NCBI GenBank assembly: GCA_047947115.1
Contig: CP170459.1
Coordinates: 5,408,001 to 5,472,000, forward strand
DNA: 64,000 bases
Direction: 5' to 3'
Source of the DNA: Verrucomicrobiota bacterium
GTDB lineage: Bacteria > Verrucomicrobiota > Verrucomicrobiia > Limisphaerales > AAA164-E04
Shown here: piece after piece, positions 10,153-20,187 of the stretch
Position numbering within the stretch: position 1 is the stretch's first letter
How the letters are laid out: the number at the start of each line of letters is the position of its first letter
Translations under genes and position numbers: made by a program
The notes under the pieces: generated by a model
Database searches by the model: none
The model's input: the letters and a program-made list of their open reading frames with translations, nothing else
What the model was told of the DNA's origin: nothing

Positions 10153-10905
10153 TTGCCTCAATCCCCGGTGAAGCGAGAAGATTTATTTCCAGTTGTACAT
10201 GAAGATGGATCACTACTGGTGGTGCATAAGCCGGCCGATCTGGTGTGTCACCCTACCAAGGGCGATGAATACTCCAGCCTGATCAGCCGGGTACGACTCT
10301 ACCTCGGTGAAGCGTCGGAAGGGCAGATGATCAACCGACTGGACCGTGAGACCAGTGGCATCGTCATGATCGCCAAAGACCAGGAAACCGCGCGCTCGCT
10401 CCGCCTGCAATGGGAAGCACGCACTGTCCTAAAATCCTATCGCGCCATCGTCTATGGATGGCCGAAAGAAGATGCGTTCGAAGTCAATGCTGCCCTTGGA
10501 AAGGATGAATCCAGCGCGGTAGCCATCAAAGATTGCGTCCGTACCGACGGACATGCCTCCCTCACCCGATTCCGGGTCATTCAAAAATTCGAACGCGGAG
10601 GAGAACCTTTTGCGTACCTGGAGGCGATGCCGGAAACCGGACGCAAACACCAAATCAGAATCCATCTCCAACACATCGGACACCCCATTGTGGGAGACAA
10701 GCTTTATGGACTGGACGAGCAATATTACCTGGACTTGGTCTATGGAAGGCTCTCCAACGAACAACGCAACAATCTCCTCCTCCCTCACCACGCCCTACAC
10801 GCCCACAGCGTCACCCTCAACTACCAAGAAAAAACAACCACCTTCACATCCCATGAAGAACCATGGTTTACTGAATTCAGAATCGTGACGGAGATGTGTG
10901 AATAA
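10153..10905 (+). CDS. RluA-family RNA pseudouridine synthase
   Basis: VHKPADL, NRLDRETSG, ETGRKHQIRIHL, GHPIVGDKLY, ALHA. Confidence 0.93.
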   Translation: MPQSPVKREDLFPVVHEDGSLLVVHKPADLVCHPTKGDEYSSLISRVRLYLGEASEGQMINRLDRETSGIVMIAKDQETARSLRLQWEARTVLKSYRAIVYGWPKEDAFEVNAALGKDESSAVAIKDCVRTDGHASLTRFRVIQKFERGGEPFAYLEAMPETGRKHQIRIHLQHIGHPIVGDKLYGLDEQYYLDLVYGRLSNEQRNNLLLPHHALHAHSVTLNYQEKTTTFTSHEEPWFTEFRIVTEMCE

Positions 10906-11162
10906 CCACCGTTGGGAACCAGCAGGCAAAGCGCGACCCGATGCACAAAGCTCATGGCCGTCGCCCCCATCGAGACTCAAAAGAGAAAGCCTGAAAACAT
11001 CCAACCTCCACCATAAAACCGGCGTAAATCAATGATACCCCCAAGCGGCAGATTCCAGAATTTTCCTACAGTCACAGGATTTCCTTCATGAAGCCTCAAA
11101 CGTGGCAACAACGTCTATATAATGACAGGATTGCGTCTTGTTCATCCTGATAAAAAAACGAT

Positions 11163-12575
11163 CTACCTTCCCACGCTTCCCAAATCGATTGAGAAATCTT
11201 GGCGGCGATACATGCAGACGCCGTTGATGTCTTCGCAGACATTGTAAAGCGCGTATCCACGAATGGTTTTGTCAGCTTTTTCACCAGTCTGAACGATTTC
11301 AAACTCCACGGATCGAGGTGCGCTGTCGGTAGCTTGTCTTGGATTCGGAAATGTTAACAATGACAAATCGCTGACCCAACCTTCAGTTGGCTGAATCCAG
11401 ACGGTCAGAGGTTCGGCTTCGTTGTTCCAATGCAGGGCTTGAATGGGGTTGGGTTGAAACTTCAGGTGCACTCGGATGGCCTTTTTTTCCTCATAAGTGG
11501 CGGCAACCAGAGTATGCGCCAAACCGATCCCTACCTGCTCATCACGAATGATTCTACCATCGGGATCTGGTTCTGCTGTCCGATTATCGCCGGGGTCGCT
11601 TGGTTGATCCGGGTATGCAAACTCCGCGCCACTGGGTTCAACGGTCAAGGGAATGGGGTGGTCTCCACGTTGGCTGATCTCCTCCCGGGCCTGATGAATC
11701 CAATCGTAAAAGGAATAAGGTTTATCAAGTCGCGGTCCGTATTGTTGGATGCGGCGACGCCAGATGTATTGATTCGGGTCCAGATCGAGAGCTGATTGCC
11801 ACTGGGTGATGGCATGTCGAAACAAGTCCATGTCCTTTTGATCCAGATCAAAAAGCCTTCGAAAAGCGACTCCCTGTCGAAAATGCAACCAGCCGCCTTT
11901 TGAATCCAGCGCAACAGCCTTGGTGTAAGCATCCACACACTGACTCAACGATTCATGCGCCCCCCACAAGAACAAGTGTTCGCCAAAGGCTTCCCATGAA
12001 GCGGCGGTGTTTGATTGTTGAGCAGATGTTTCGAGGTCCTTCGCAGTCTCTGAAATAGTAGAAATGAGAGAAGATTCCGTTTTTTCAAAAGCTACAGGAT
12101 CGCTCATCAAGAAAGCATCAAAGGCTTCCGGTTTCGGATTGATAGCTCGAACCACTCCAGCTTCGTCGATCAGAAGAGTGTAGGGCACAGCGGCCACTTC
12201 AAGCAGATTCAATGCATCCACCGCAACAGGCCAGTCCATTTGCTTCCATTGCATGAACAAGCGACAACGTTCAGGATGCTGTTCCTGGATGATTCCGAGG
12301 ACTTTAATCTTACCGGATTGTCGATAAGGTTCGGTGCGAGCGTGCCACCCGGGCACGTGCTTTCGGCAACCTGCTCACCAGGAAGCAAAAACATGCAACA
12401 CCACCTTCTCCCCGCGGTAATCGGAGATCGATATCGGCTCGCCGTCCTGCAGCGAAGGGAAAGCCTGCTTTGGAAAAGCGACGCCATTTTCGAATCCATG
12501 CGACATAAGGGACAGCATGAAAAAAACACCCAAGGAAATCGAACGAAAAAAACGAGTCTGCTTGAAAATCATCAT
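11163..12575 (-). CDS. Candidate selenoprotein: exported TlpA/redoxin-family protein (UxxC) with TPR-like and DsbD-N-like domains, 470 aa, in-frame TGA at 12375-12377
   Basis: Track ORFs 12375..12770 and 11163..12356 share a frame: ...GEKVVLHVFASW-TGA-AGCRKHVPGW... Later a cis-Pro motif AVPYTLLIDEAGVV. Signal peptide from ATG 12575. Confidence 0.8.
12339..12361 (-). promoter_or_regulatory. Putative bacterial SECIS hairpin
   Basis: AG-CA-CGUGCC[CGGGU]GGCACG-CU. The apical loop follows 23 nt after the UGA and has G at its second position. Confidence 0.6.
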
Positions 12576-12622
12576 GATCGGAACGTCCAAGCCTAACGTA
12601 ACTTTCAAGACATTGCAACGGT

Positions 12623-13975
12623 TCAGCGTGCCATGGTTTTCAAGTAGAAACGGCTTGTCAGACAGACTGCGGCAACTCCCAGGCCTGCAGCCAGTCCGAT
12701 CCAAATTCCGACTGCCTGCATTTCCATCGGAAAAGCCAGTACATATCCCAAAGGAACAGTCACCAACCAATACGCCACTATGGCCACAATCGCCGGTGCG
12801 CGCACATCCTGCATGCCTCGCAGCAGGGAAATGGCGGTCACTTGCAATCCATCAAAGACTTGGAAGACCGCCGCGACCATCAGCAACCGAACCGCAAGTT
12901 TCCTGACTTCGTCCGAGCCGACAAACTGCGAAGCGAGAAATTCGCCTCCAATTACAAACACACAGGCAAAAATCATCATGACCATGGTGGACATGACAAA
13001 GCCAATGGATCCAATCCGCCGCACTCTTCTTTTCAATCCGGCCCCCAAAGCTTGCCCCACGCGAACCGAAGCTGCCAGACCAAAGCTCAAGGAAAACATG
13101 AAGGTCGTGCTCGCACAGGTGAAGGCTATCTGATGGGCGGCCAATGCGTTGGCTCCTATCCATCCAAGCATCAGTGCGGCAAAAGCAAATGCCCCCATTT
13201 CGAGCAGCAGTTGAAAGGCTACAGGCAAACCCAGGTGAAACAGTTTTTTCAAGACGACTCGATCCTCCGGGTCGCCCCAGACTCCCTGCCGAAATCGGCG
13301 AAGTTCCCTGGCCCACAGTATCCAGCCGATGATGAGAACCGCTGAGACGACACGGGCCAACAGCGTGGCCAGTCCGGCGCCGTCCAATCCCATTGGCGGA
13401 CACCCCCAGTTTCCGTAGATCAACAACCAGTTCAGCAGCACATTCAGCAGGACGCTGCCCAACATCAGGAGTGTCGGGATCCAGGGATGATTCAAAGATT
13501 CACAATATTGTTTCCCAGTCAGAGCCACCAGCATGGGTAGCAAGCTGGGTGCGACATACCAGAGGTAAGAACCGGAAGCCTCCACCACATCGGCTGGTTG
13601 CCCCAGAAACGGCAGAACCCAACGCAAGGACATAAAGAGGAGAACCAGAGGGACGCCGGTCCACAAGGTCAACATGGAGGATGCCCGGAACACACGACCT
13701 GTCCCCACATCATCTTTAGCGCCATAAGCGTTGGCAGCCAGGATAGAGACAGCTGAGAGCATCCCAAATCCAAAGACCATTGGAAGGTGGAACAGGTTGA
13801 TCACCAGCGACGAAGCGGCCAAGGGCGTAACCCCTACCCTGCCTACCATCACGGTGTCGGCTATGCCCATCAAAGTCTGGCTGACCATCCCTGCCAAAAT
13901 CGGCAGGGCCAGACGTAACAGAGACTTGATTTCACGCAGATATTTCCAGATCGCCCGAAGGGAGCGGTAGTTCAT
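12623..13975 (-). CDS. MATE-family efflux transporter (NorM-like)
   Basis: LALPIL...ADTVMVGRVG, LAAHQIA, FQVFDGLQV, LRGMQD; about 12 TM. Confidence 0.92.
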   Translation of the reverse strand: MNYRSLRAIWKYLREIKSLLRLALPILAGMVSQTLMGIADTVMVGRVGVTPLAASSLVINLFHLPMVFGFGMLSAVSILAANAYGAKDDVGTGRVFRASSMLTLWTGVPLVLLFMSLRWVLPFLGQPADVVEASGSYLWYVAPSLLPMLVALTGKQYCESLNHPWIPTLLMLGSVLLNVLLNWLLIYGNWGCPPMGLDGAGLATLLARVVSAVLIIGWILWARELRRFRQGVWGDPEDRVVLKKLFHLGLPVAFQLLLEMGAFAFAALMLGWIGANALAAHQIAFTCASTTFMFSLSFGLAASVRVGQALGAGLKRRVRRIGSIGFVMSTMVMMIFACVFVIGGEFLASQFVGSDEVRKLAVRLLMVAAVFQVFDGLQVTAISLLRGMQDVRAPAIVAIVAYWLVTVPLGYVLAFPMEMQAVGIWIGLAAGLGVAAVCLTSRFYLKTMAR

Positions 13976-13989
13976 TAATCCCTTCTAAA

Positions 13990-14802
13990 TCAGGCAAAGG
14001 TCTTTTTCAGGTAATCCAGACTTTGGGTGGCAATCGCTTCGGGGCCTTCCTCAAATTTGAATACCTCGACCGAAACATATCCCTGATAACCCACTTCCTT
14101 CAACGCGGCCGCAATGGGTACAAAATCCATTTCCCCAAATCCCGGACCTTTCAGATTGGCGTCGTTGGCGTGGAAGTAGGCAAATTCGGGCCACGACTCT
14201 CGAATGATATCCGGAATGGGTTTCCCCATCGAACACATGGCTTTGACATCCAGAATAATTTTGAAGGCGGGTGATGGAATGCGATGAATGAATTCAATCG
14301 CCTCGGCCGCAGTGTTCATAAAGTTTGTTTCTGAAGGAGCCAGAGGTTCAAAACAAATGGTCACGCCTTTGTCCTCCGCATCGGCCACGGCCGGGCGAAA
14401 CACTTCGGTTGCCCAGTCGGCTGCCTGTGCCAATTCAACACCTGGTTCCAGATTGCGTTGTTTGGGCGAACCGACCACGATGGATTTCCCGCCGAGATCG
14501 CTGCAAAATTGAACCAGGTCACGAAAGTATTGTTGGGTTTTCGAGCGAATACCGGCATCCGGATGGGTCATGTGCATCCCTTCAGCTTCCACCAGCACCC
14601 AATGAATCCCGGTGATCTCCAGTTCATTTTTGGCAGCCAGGTCCTTGATCTGGGCGCGCCGATCGGACGACACTTCGGTCACGTATTTGGCACAGGTAAA
14701 CGGGGCGATTTCAATTCCGTCATACCCGGTCTGTTTGACAAACTCGAAAGCTTTCTCAAACGACCATTCTTTGAATATCTCGTTGCAAATGCCAAATTTC
14801 AT
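13990..14802 (-). CDS. Sugar phosphate isomerase/epimerase (D-tagatose 3-epimerase-like TIM barrel)
   Basis: GYDGIEIAPF, ICFEPLAPSETNF, LDVKAM, HANDANLKGPGFG, SVEVF. Confidence 0.9.
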   Translation of the reverse strand: MKFGICNEIFKEWSFEKAFEFVKQTGYDGIEIAPFTCAKYVTEVSSDRRAQIKDLAAKNELEITGIHWVLVEAEGMHMTHPDAGIRSKTQQYFRDLVQFCSDLGGKSIVVGSPKQRNLEPGVELAQAADWATEVFRPAVADAEDKGVTICFEPLAPSETNFMNTAAEAIEFIHRIPSPAFKIILDVKAMCSMGKPIPDIIRESWPEFAYFHANDANLKGPGFGEMDFVPIAAALKEVGYQGYVSVEVFKFEEGPEAIATQSLDYLKKTFA

Positions 14803-15041
14803 GCGCCCATTGAGCCAAAAAACACGTCATCATGCAATTGGTTTGTGACAGTCTCTTCGGCATTTGTCGCCCGATCCAGGCCCAGGTCCGCACATGCTTC
14901 GGCATTGTCCACAGCGCGACGCATCTGCTCAAACCACCAAGAGGCACGCTGCAGGCGGCGTTGGGAGAGGCGCTGCATGGAGCGTTGGGTGTTGCGGTAA
15001 GGGTTCAATCCGAGTTCGAGTTGTTCTGTGTTCCATTTCAT
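14799..15041 (-). CDS. Small hypothetical protein (80 aa)
   Basis: MKWNTEQLELGL...RRLQRASWWFEQMRRAVD; 4-nt ATGA overlap with the epimerase start. Confidence 0.6.
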   Translation of the reverse strand: MKWNTEQLELGLNPYRNTQRSMQRLSQRRLQRASWWFEQMRRAVDNAEACADLGLDRATNAEETVTNQLHDDVFFGSMGA

Positions 15042-15133
15042 ACGTCCCCAATCTGCCTGACACCATGAGACATTTGCTGTCCCATGGTAAAAAAAGTAAT
15101 TTTTTATGGAAGAAGTTGCCTTTGCCATGCTCA

Positions 15134-15149
15134 TGGCATCATTCATGCA
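15134..15149 (+). promoter_or_regulatory. Putative sigma54 -24/-12 promoter
   Basis: TGGCATCATTCATGCA (GG-N10-GC), intergenic, upstream of the ORF at 15280. Confidence 0.5.
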
Positions 15150-15279
15150 TATTTTTCTTGCATTCTCACACAGCTAAGTGTAAACACAATGTAAATACAC
15201 GACCGGCATATTTACCAAGGAAATATCCAAAACACACCAAGATGCCGGGGAAAGAACGATTCAACCAAGGGCGGAAACT

Positions 15280-16512
15280 ATGAAGCCAATAAAATACCTT
15301 CCAATGGCGTTTCTTTTGATGGGGCTCAACACTGAAGCTCAAATCACCATCACCATCGACGACATGTTCATCGAACCGGGCGAGTATTACCGCGCATATT
15401 CCAATGAACCACCCAACTTTCTTGGCGAACCCAATTCTGTAGTGGTGGCCGGCCTGATGGGTGACGCTGGCGGGGGGAATTATTGGGATTTCAGTCAGGG
15501 TCCCACCGATGATGTTTATCGTTACGACTACCTGGCCCGTGAAACCAACATCGTTTGGCATGATTACCCCGAGGCTACGGTGGCGGAACGCGCCTACCGT
15601 GAGAGTGAACCCGGTGATTACTCCTGGTTACTATATGATCCAGTCCCAGGATTGGGACGTAAATTGTTTGGATTTTGGAAACTGGACAGCCAATACGTTA
15701 ATCCGTCCAATCCGTTTACCAATCCTGTTGTTGATTTTCCGGATGAAATCAACTTCGGCGACAGCTGGACCAACGACATAGAATATCGCAACAGTTACCC
15801 CACCGATTTCGGAGGGTTCGGAGGAGGCATCGGCGGGGGTGATTTGGGAGGTCTGGACGATGTACTGGGCGATCTGGGTGATGCACTGGGCGGACTAGAC
15901 GATCTTCTGGGAGGTGGTGGAGATTCAACCGGAGGAAGCAGCGAAGGCTTGCCCATGATCATCCGGCATGTCCAGTCTTTTGAAGTGGACGCATATGGAT
16001 TTATCGAACTCCCGGATGACCTGGGCATCTTCGAATGCCTTCGAGTCAACTCTCTACTGGAAGTCACCGCCTTGGTGGATATCGAAGGATCCGGATCCTT
16101 TTCCCCTCTCGGCACCCAGAACACACGCGTATATTACTGGCTGGTTCCGGGCAAAGGCATAGCAGCGCAAATGACCTCGCTTGCCAGCGCCGGACCAATC
16201 CCTGATCAATTCAACGAAGCATCCATCTTCCAGCGCATGTTTGAGACCAACAAGCAGCCCCGGAACGCCGGTTGTGCGGAGGCTGAACCGGTGAGCGGTC
16301 TGGACATTGTTTATCAATCCAACCTGGTACGCCTTAAATGGCAAGACGCCGCATGCGCCCAGAATTATCGAGTGCAGTACTCGCTCGGCGGGCTGGAAAC
16401 AGGGGACTGGAAAGATCTTACCAATGGTTCCTACACGGACACTTTCTTTATCGACACGCAGATAAAAGGGAATAATATAAAACTATACAGGGTGCTTTCA
16501 GAACGTAACTGA
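15280..16512 (+). CDS. Secreted hypothetical protein with a Gly/Asp-rich insert and a C-terminal beta-rich domain
   Basis: Signal peptide (..LMGLNTEA-Q); C-terminus LKWQ...YRVQYS...W..L...YRV. Confidence 0.8.
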   Translation: MKPIKYLPMAFLLMGLNTEAQITITIDDMFIEPGEYYRAYSNEPPNFLGEPNSVVVAGLMGDAGGGNYWDFSQGPTDDVYRYDYLARETNIVWHDYPEATVAERAYRESEPGDYSWLLYDPVPGLGRKLFGFWKLDSQYVNPSNPFTNPVVDFPDEINFGDSWTNDIEYRNSYPTDFGGFGGGIGGGDLGGLDDVLGDLGDALGGLDDLLGGGGDSTGGSSEGLPMIIRHVQSFEVDAYGFIELPDDLGIFECLRVNSLLEVTALVDIEGSGSFSPLGTQNTRVYYWLVPGKGIAAQMTSLASAGPIPDQFNEASIFQRMFETNKQPRNAGCAEAEPVSGLDIVYQSNLVRLKWQDAACAQNYRVQYSLGGLETGDWKDLTNGSYTDTFFIDTQIKGNNIKLYRVLSERN

Positions 16513-16571
16513 CGTTCACTCGAAGATGCCCGCAGAGTGTGCACAACGACTCGACAACATGATGAGGCCCT

Positions 16572-17450
16572 ATGAAAACGACTCACTCAAGGCAGCGCAC
16601 GCATCGCCACCCGGCTCATAGGGGTGGCCGTGGATTTACTCTGATTGAATTGCTGGTGGTGATTGCGGTGATCGCCATTCTGGCGGCACTGTTGCTCCCT
16701 GCACTGGCGGGAGCCAAATCCAAGGCACGAGAAATTGCCTGCGTCAGCAATCTCCGACAGATCGGATTGGGGCTCACATTATTTGTCCATGACAACGAGC
16801 ATTATCCCGTTTACAACTTCGATCCACGCGCCGGGATGAAGAACACCTACTGGGCGGACGCACTCGCCTCTTATACCGGGGCATATTGGACCAACAAGCT
16901 TTTCAAATGCCCGGATTACAAAGGATTCACCCTGTCGGGAAACGACGATTCCGTGCTCCTTGGCAGCTATGGATACAATTCCAACGGAACCAAATGGACC
17001 CCCAGTCGCCTTGGCCTGGGCGGAATGCTGGCAAAGGTGTTTATCGAGTTTGACATCGACGAACTGACCGGGGGCATGTTGACGGTCAAGGAATCGATGG
17101 TGAAGAATCCAAGCGACATGATTGCCCTGGGAGACGCGCATTTGATCTACGTCTGGCCGGATGAGATGCTGGCTTATGGGCCTGAATATGCCAAAGACAA
17201 TTACAGCGGCATGGGATTGCTCGATATCAACAGCCGTTACGGCGTTCAGCGCCCACTTTGGCCTGGCAGTGAAGGCATCATCGACGCCACTTCGAAACGC
17301 CACCGTAACAAATACAATATCTCCTTCGCCGATGGCCATGTCGAAACCATCCGTAGTGCGGAACTTTTTGAACAGTCCCCCGAAGCCCTCAAACGTTGGA
17401 ACAACGACAACGAACCTCATGCAGAGTACCTGCTGCACTTGGCTCAATGA
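16572..17450 (+). CDS. Prepilin-type N-terminal cleavage/methylation protein with H-X9-DG motif
   Basis: [49 protein letters not shown]. Confidence 0.92.
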   Translation: MKTTHSRQRTHRHPAHRGGRGFTLIELLVVIAVIAILAALLLPALAGAKSKAREIACVSNLRQIGLGLTLFVHDNEHYPVYNFDPRAGMKNTYWADALASYTGAYWTNKLFKCPDYKGFTLSGNDDSVLLGSYGYNSNGTKWTPSRLGLGGMLAKVFIEFDIDELTGGMLTVKESMVKNPSDMIALGDAHLIYVWPDEMLAYGPEYAKDNYSGMGLLDINSRYGVQRPLWPGSEGIIDATSKRHRNKYNISFADGHVETIRSAELFEQSPEALKRWNNDNEPHAEYLLHLAQ

Positions 17451-17529
17451 GCATCAGAGGTAGCAAGGCCGCCATTCTTTGCAATTATGACTTTTCAACC
17501 GGGAAGGGTTGTTTTTATGCTCGTGGTCT

Positions 17530-18819
17530 ATGGATTTGAACGAACAAATGCGGGATCTGGCAAAGCGCTCCAAAGCGGCTTCGCATCGTCTGACGCAATT
17601 GAATACCGATCAGAAAAACCGCTGCCTGCAAGCTATGGCCGCCGCGCTGCTCGAAAATCGACAAGCTATTCAGGAAGCCAATGCGAAGGATCTGGAGACC
17701 GCCAGGGAAATGAACCTGTCCAGCGCCATGGTGGATCGTTTGGTCTTGAATGATGCACGCATTGAAGGGATGGCACAGGGGCTGAGGGAAATCGCCGCAT
17801 TGCCAGACCCAGTCGGACGAGAGCTGGACCGGAAGGAACGGCCGAACGGCCTTGTGCTACGCAAAGTGGCCACCCCCATCGGAGTGATCGTCATCATTTA
17901 CGAATCCCGCCCCAACGTCACCGCGGACGCTGCGGGGCTTTGTTTCAAATCTGGAAACGCCACCATTCTCAGGGGTGGCAAGGAAGCGATCCACTCGAAT
18001 CAGATCATTGCCCGATTGATGGTGGAAGCAGCCACAAAATGTGATCCAAATTTCCCGCAGGAGGCCATCCAAGTGGTTCCCACCACCGACCGTGCCGCCG
18101 TCCCCGCGCTCCTTTCGCTGACCGACCTGGTGGATCTCTGTATGCCGCGCGGCGGCGAAGGATTGATCCGGGCCGTAGCCGACTGTTCAAAAGTGCCGGT
18201 TATCAAGCATTACAAAGGTGTGTGCCATGTTCATGTGGACAAGGAAGCGGATCTGGATATGGCCGTCCAAATCGCGGTCAACGCCAAGACCCACCGGCCC
18301 GGTGTCTGCAATGCCATGGAAACCTTGTTGGTCGACCGGGCTATTGCTCGGACCTATCTGCCTCTACTTGCTCCGGAATTGGCATCCAAAAAAGTCGCAA
18401 TCAAAGGAGACGAAACGGCGATCGACATACTCAACACCGTCGCAGCAAATCAATCATTGAAACTTTCCCTGGAACCGGCAACCGAAGAGGATTGGCATGC
18501 GGAATATCTGGATCTGATCCTGGCGATTCGGGTGGTGGACGATGTGAACGCCGCCATTGGGCACATCAACCAATACGGTTCGGGCCACTCAGACTGCATT
18601 GTCACCGCCAACCAGGCAACCGCACAACAATTCATGCGGGACGTGGATGCCTCCGCCGTTTACTGGAATGCCTCGACACGATTCACCGACGGAGGGGAAT
18701 TTGGCATGGGTGCAGAGATTGGCATCAGCACCGACAAGGTCGGCGCACGCGGTCCCATGGGATTGGAAGAATTGACCAGTTACAAGTGGCTGTGTTTCGG
18801 CACCGGACAAATCCGTTAG
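17530..18819 (+). CDS. proA: Gamma-glutamyl phosphate reductase
   Basis: PIGVIVIIYESRPNVT, LRGGKEA, PRGG, CNAMETLL, NASTRFTDGGEFGMGAEIGIST, RGPMGLEELTSYK. Confidence 0.96.
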   Translation: MDLNEQMRDLAKRSKAASHRLTQLNTDQKNRCLQAMAAALLENRQAIQEANAKDLETAREMNLSSAMVDRLVLNDARIEGMAQGLREIAALPDPVGRELDRKERPNGLVLRKVATPIGVIVIIYESRPNVTADAAGLCFKSGNATILRGGKEAIHSNQIIARLMVEAATKCDPNFPQEAIQVVPTTDRAAVPALLSLTDLVDLCMPRGGEGLIRAVADCSKVPVIKHYKGVCHVHVDKEADLDMAVQIAVNAKTHRPGVCNAMETLLVDRAIARTYLPLLAPELASKKVAIKGDETAIDILNTVAANQSLKLSLEPATEEDWHAEYLDLILAIRVVDDVNAAIGHINQYGSGHSDCIVTANQATAQQFMRDVDASAVYWNASTRFTDGGEFGMGAEIGISTDKVGARGPMGLEELTSYKWLCFGTGQIR

Positions 18820-18839
18820 CACCCAACCCCATTCACCAT

Positions 18840-20186
18840 TTGAATTCCACCGACATTGAATCAGCGAAAAGCCGGGCGCAACAAGTTCGGAACGCTTTCC
18901 CGGAGAACGGATTGTTCGCGGGACAAACTTGGCGTATCAGTCCCGATCCATTTCCTTTGGATGGCAAGCTAGTCAAGCAGCTGGAAAAACTAGGGCGCGT
19001 GCTGCTGCAGTTTTACCGGGCCCTCAATCTTCTTTACCGGAAAAGTCACGAACAGGCTGCTCCAAGCTGGGTGGCCGAGTGGATGGATGCGGGCAAGCCC
19101 GAGAGATTGACTCAACTCGGACTCAGCCGAACATTCAAACAAGCTCACCCCAAAGTCATTCGTCCCGACATATTGTTGACCGATGATGGCTTTGTGATCA
19201 GCGAACTGGACAGCGTGCCCGGAGGGATTGGTTTAACCGGTTGGTTGAACCAAACCTATGCCGCACTGGCCGACGCTCCTGATTCAAATAGTTCAATTAT
19301 TGGAGGAGCGAAAGGCATGCTGGATGGATTCAACGGCATCTTTGGCAAGGACGCACCGGCGCGAATCGTCGTTTCCGATGAAGCCGATTCCTACCGCCCC
19401 GAAATGGAATGGTTGGCGGATCAAATCAAGGATCGTCCAATCAGTGTGCACGATGGGAATTTTGAAGATTTTAAGGACGGTGACTGGGTGTATCGCTTTT
19501 TCGAGCTGTTCGACCTGGCAAATGTTCCCAATTCAAAGATCATTTTTGAGCGCGCCATTGAAGACCGCCTCCATCTGACCCCTCCTCCGAAAACCACACT
19601 TGAGGAAAAAGCCTCTTTTGCGTTATTACACAACCACAATCTGGAATCATTCTGGCTGCAGCATCTGGGAGGCGGCTTCCTGAAGACCCTGCTCCGGCAT
19701 GTCCCCTATACCTGGATGGTGGATCCGACTCCCCTGCCCCCACAAGGCGCCATCCCCAAACTGGGCTTAACCAACTGGCATCAACTCAAGAACCTGTCCC
19801 AGAAAGATCGTCACCTCATCTTGAAAGTGTCCGGGTTCTCTGAACAAGCCTGGGGAGCAAGGGGGGTATTTCTGGGCAGCGACCTGTCGAGCCAGGACTG
19901 GGGACAGGTCGTGGACACAGCCATCCGCAGTTTTGGCAGACAGAATTATATCCTGCAGGATTACCATAAACCCCGCACCGTCGATGCATCCTACTTCGAT
20001 TTCGACAACGACAAATTGGTCCTCATGAAAGGGCGTGTACGTCTGTGCCCTTACTACTTTGTTCAAGGCGAAGGGGATCAAGCGCGGGCTCAACTCGGAG
20101 GAGTGATGGCAACCATTTGTCCCGCAGACAAGAAAATCATCCACGGCATGTCCGAAGCTATTATTGCTCCCTGCTGCATTGCCTGA
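18840..20186 (+). CDS. Hypothetical protein, possibly an ATP-grasp / glutathionylspermidine-synthase-like ligase
   Basis: Coding part starts after the proA stop (TTG 18840). RPDILL...SELDSVPGGIG, LILKVSG...WGARGV..G, YILQDY, RVRLCPY. Confidence 0.65.
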   Translation: MNSTDIESAKSRAQQVRNAFPENGLFAGQTWRISPDPFPLDGKLVKQLEKLGRVLLQFYRALNLLYRKSHEQAAPSWVAEWMDAGKPERLTQLGLSRTFKQAHPKVIRPDILLTDDGFVISELDSVPGGIGLTGWLNQTYAALADAPDSNSSIIGGAKGMLDGFNGIFGKDAPARIVVSDEADSYRPEMEWLADQIKDRPISVHDGNFEDFKDGDWVYRFFELFDLANVPNSKIIFERAIEDRLHLTPPPKTTLEEKASFALLHNHNLESFWLQHLGGGFLKTLLRHVPYTWMVDPTPLPPQGAIPKLGLTNWHQLKNLSQKDRHLILKVSGFSEQAWGARGVFLGSDLSSQDWGQVVDTAIRSFGRQNYILQDYHKPRTVDASYFDFDNDKLVLMKGRVRLCPYYFVQGEGDQARAQLGGVMATICPADKKIIHGMSEAIIAPCCIA

Positions 20187-20187
20187 T

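Noticed and set aside
18222..18839. 206-aa N-terminal extension of the 654-aa ORF
   Set aside because: Overlaps proA out of frame and looks non-coding; a plausible TTG start follows the proA stop.
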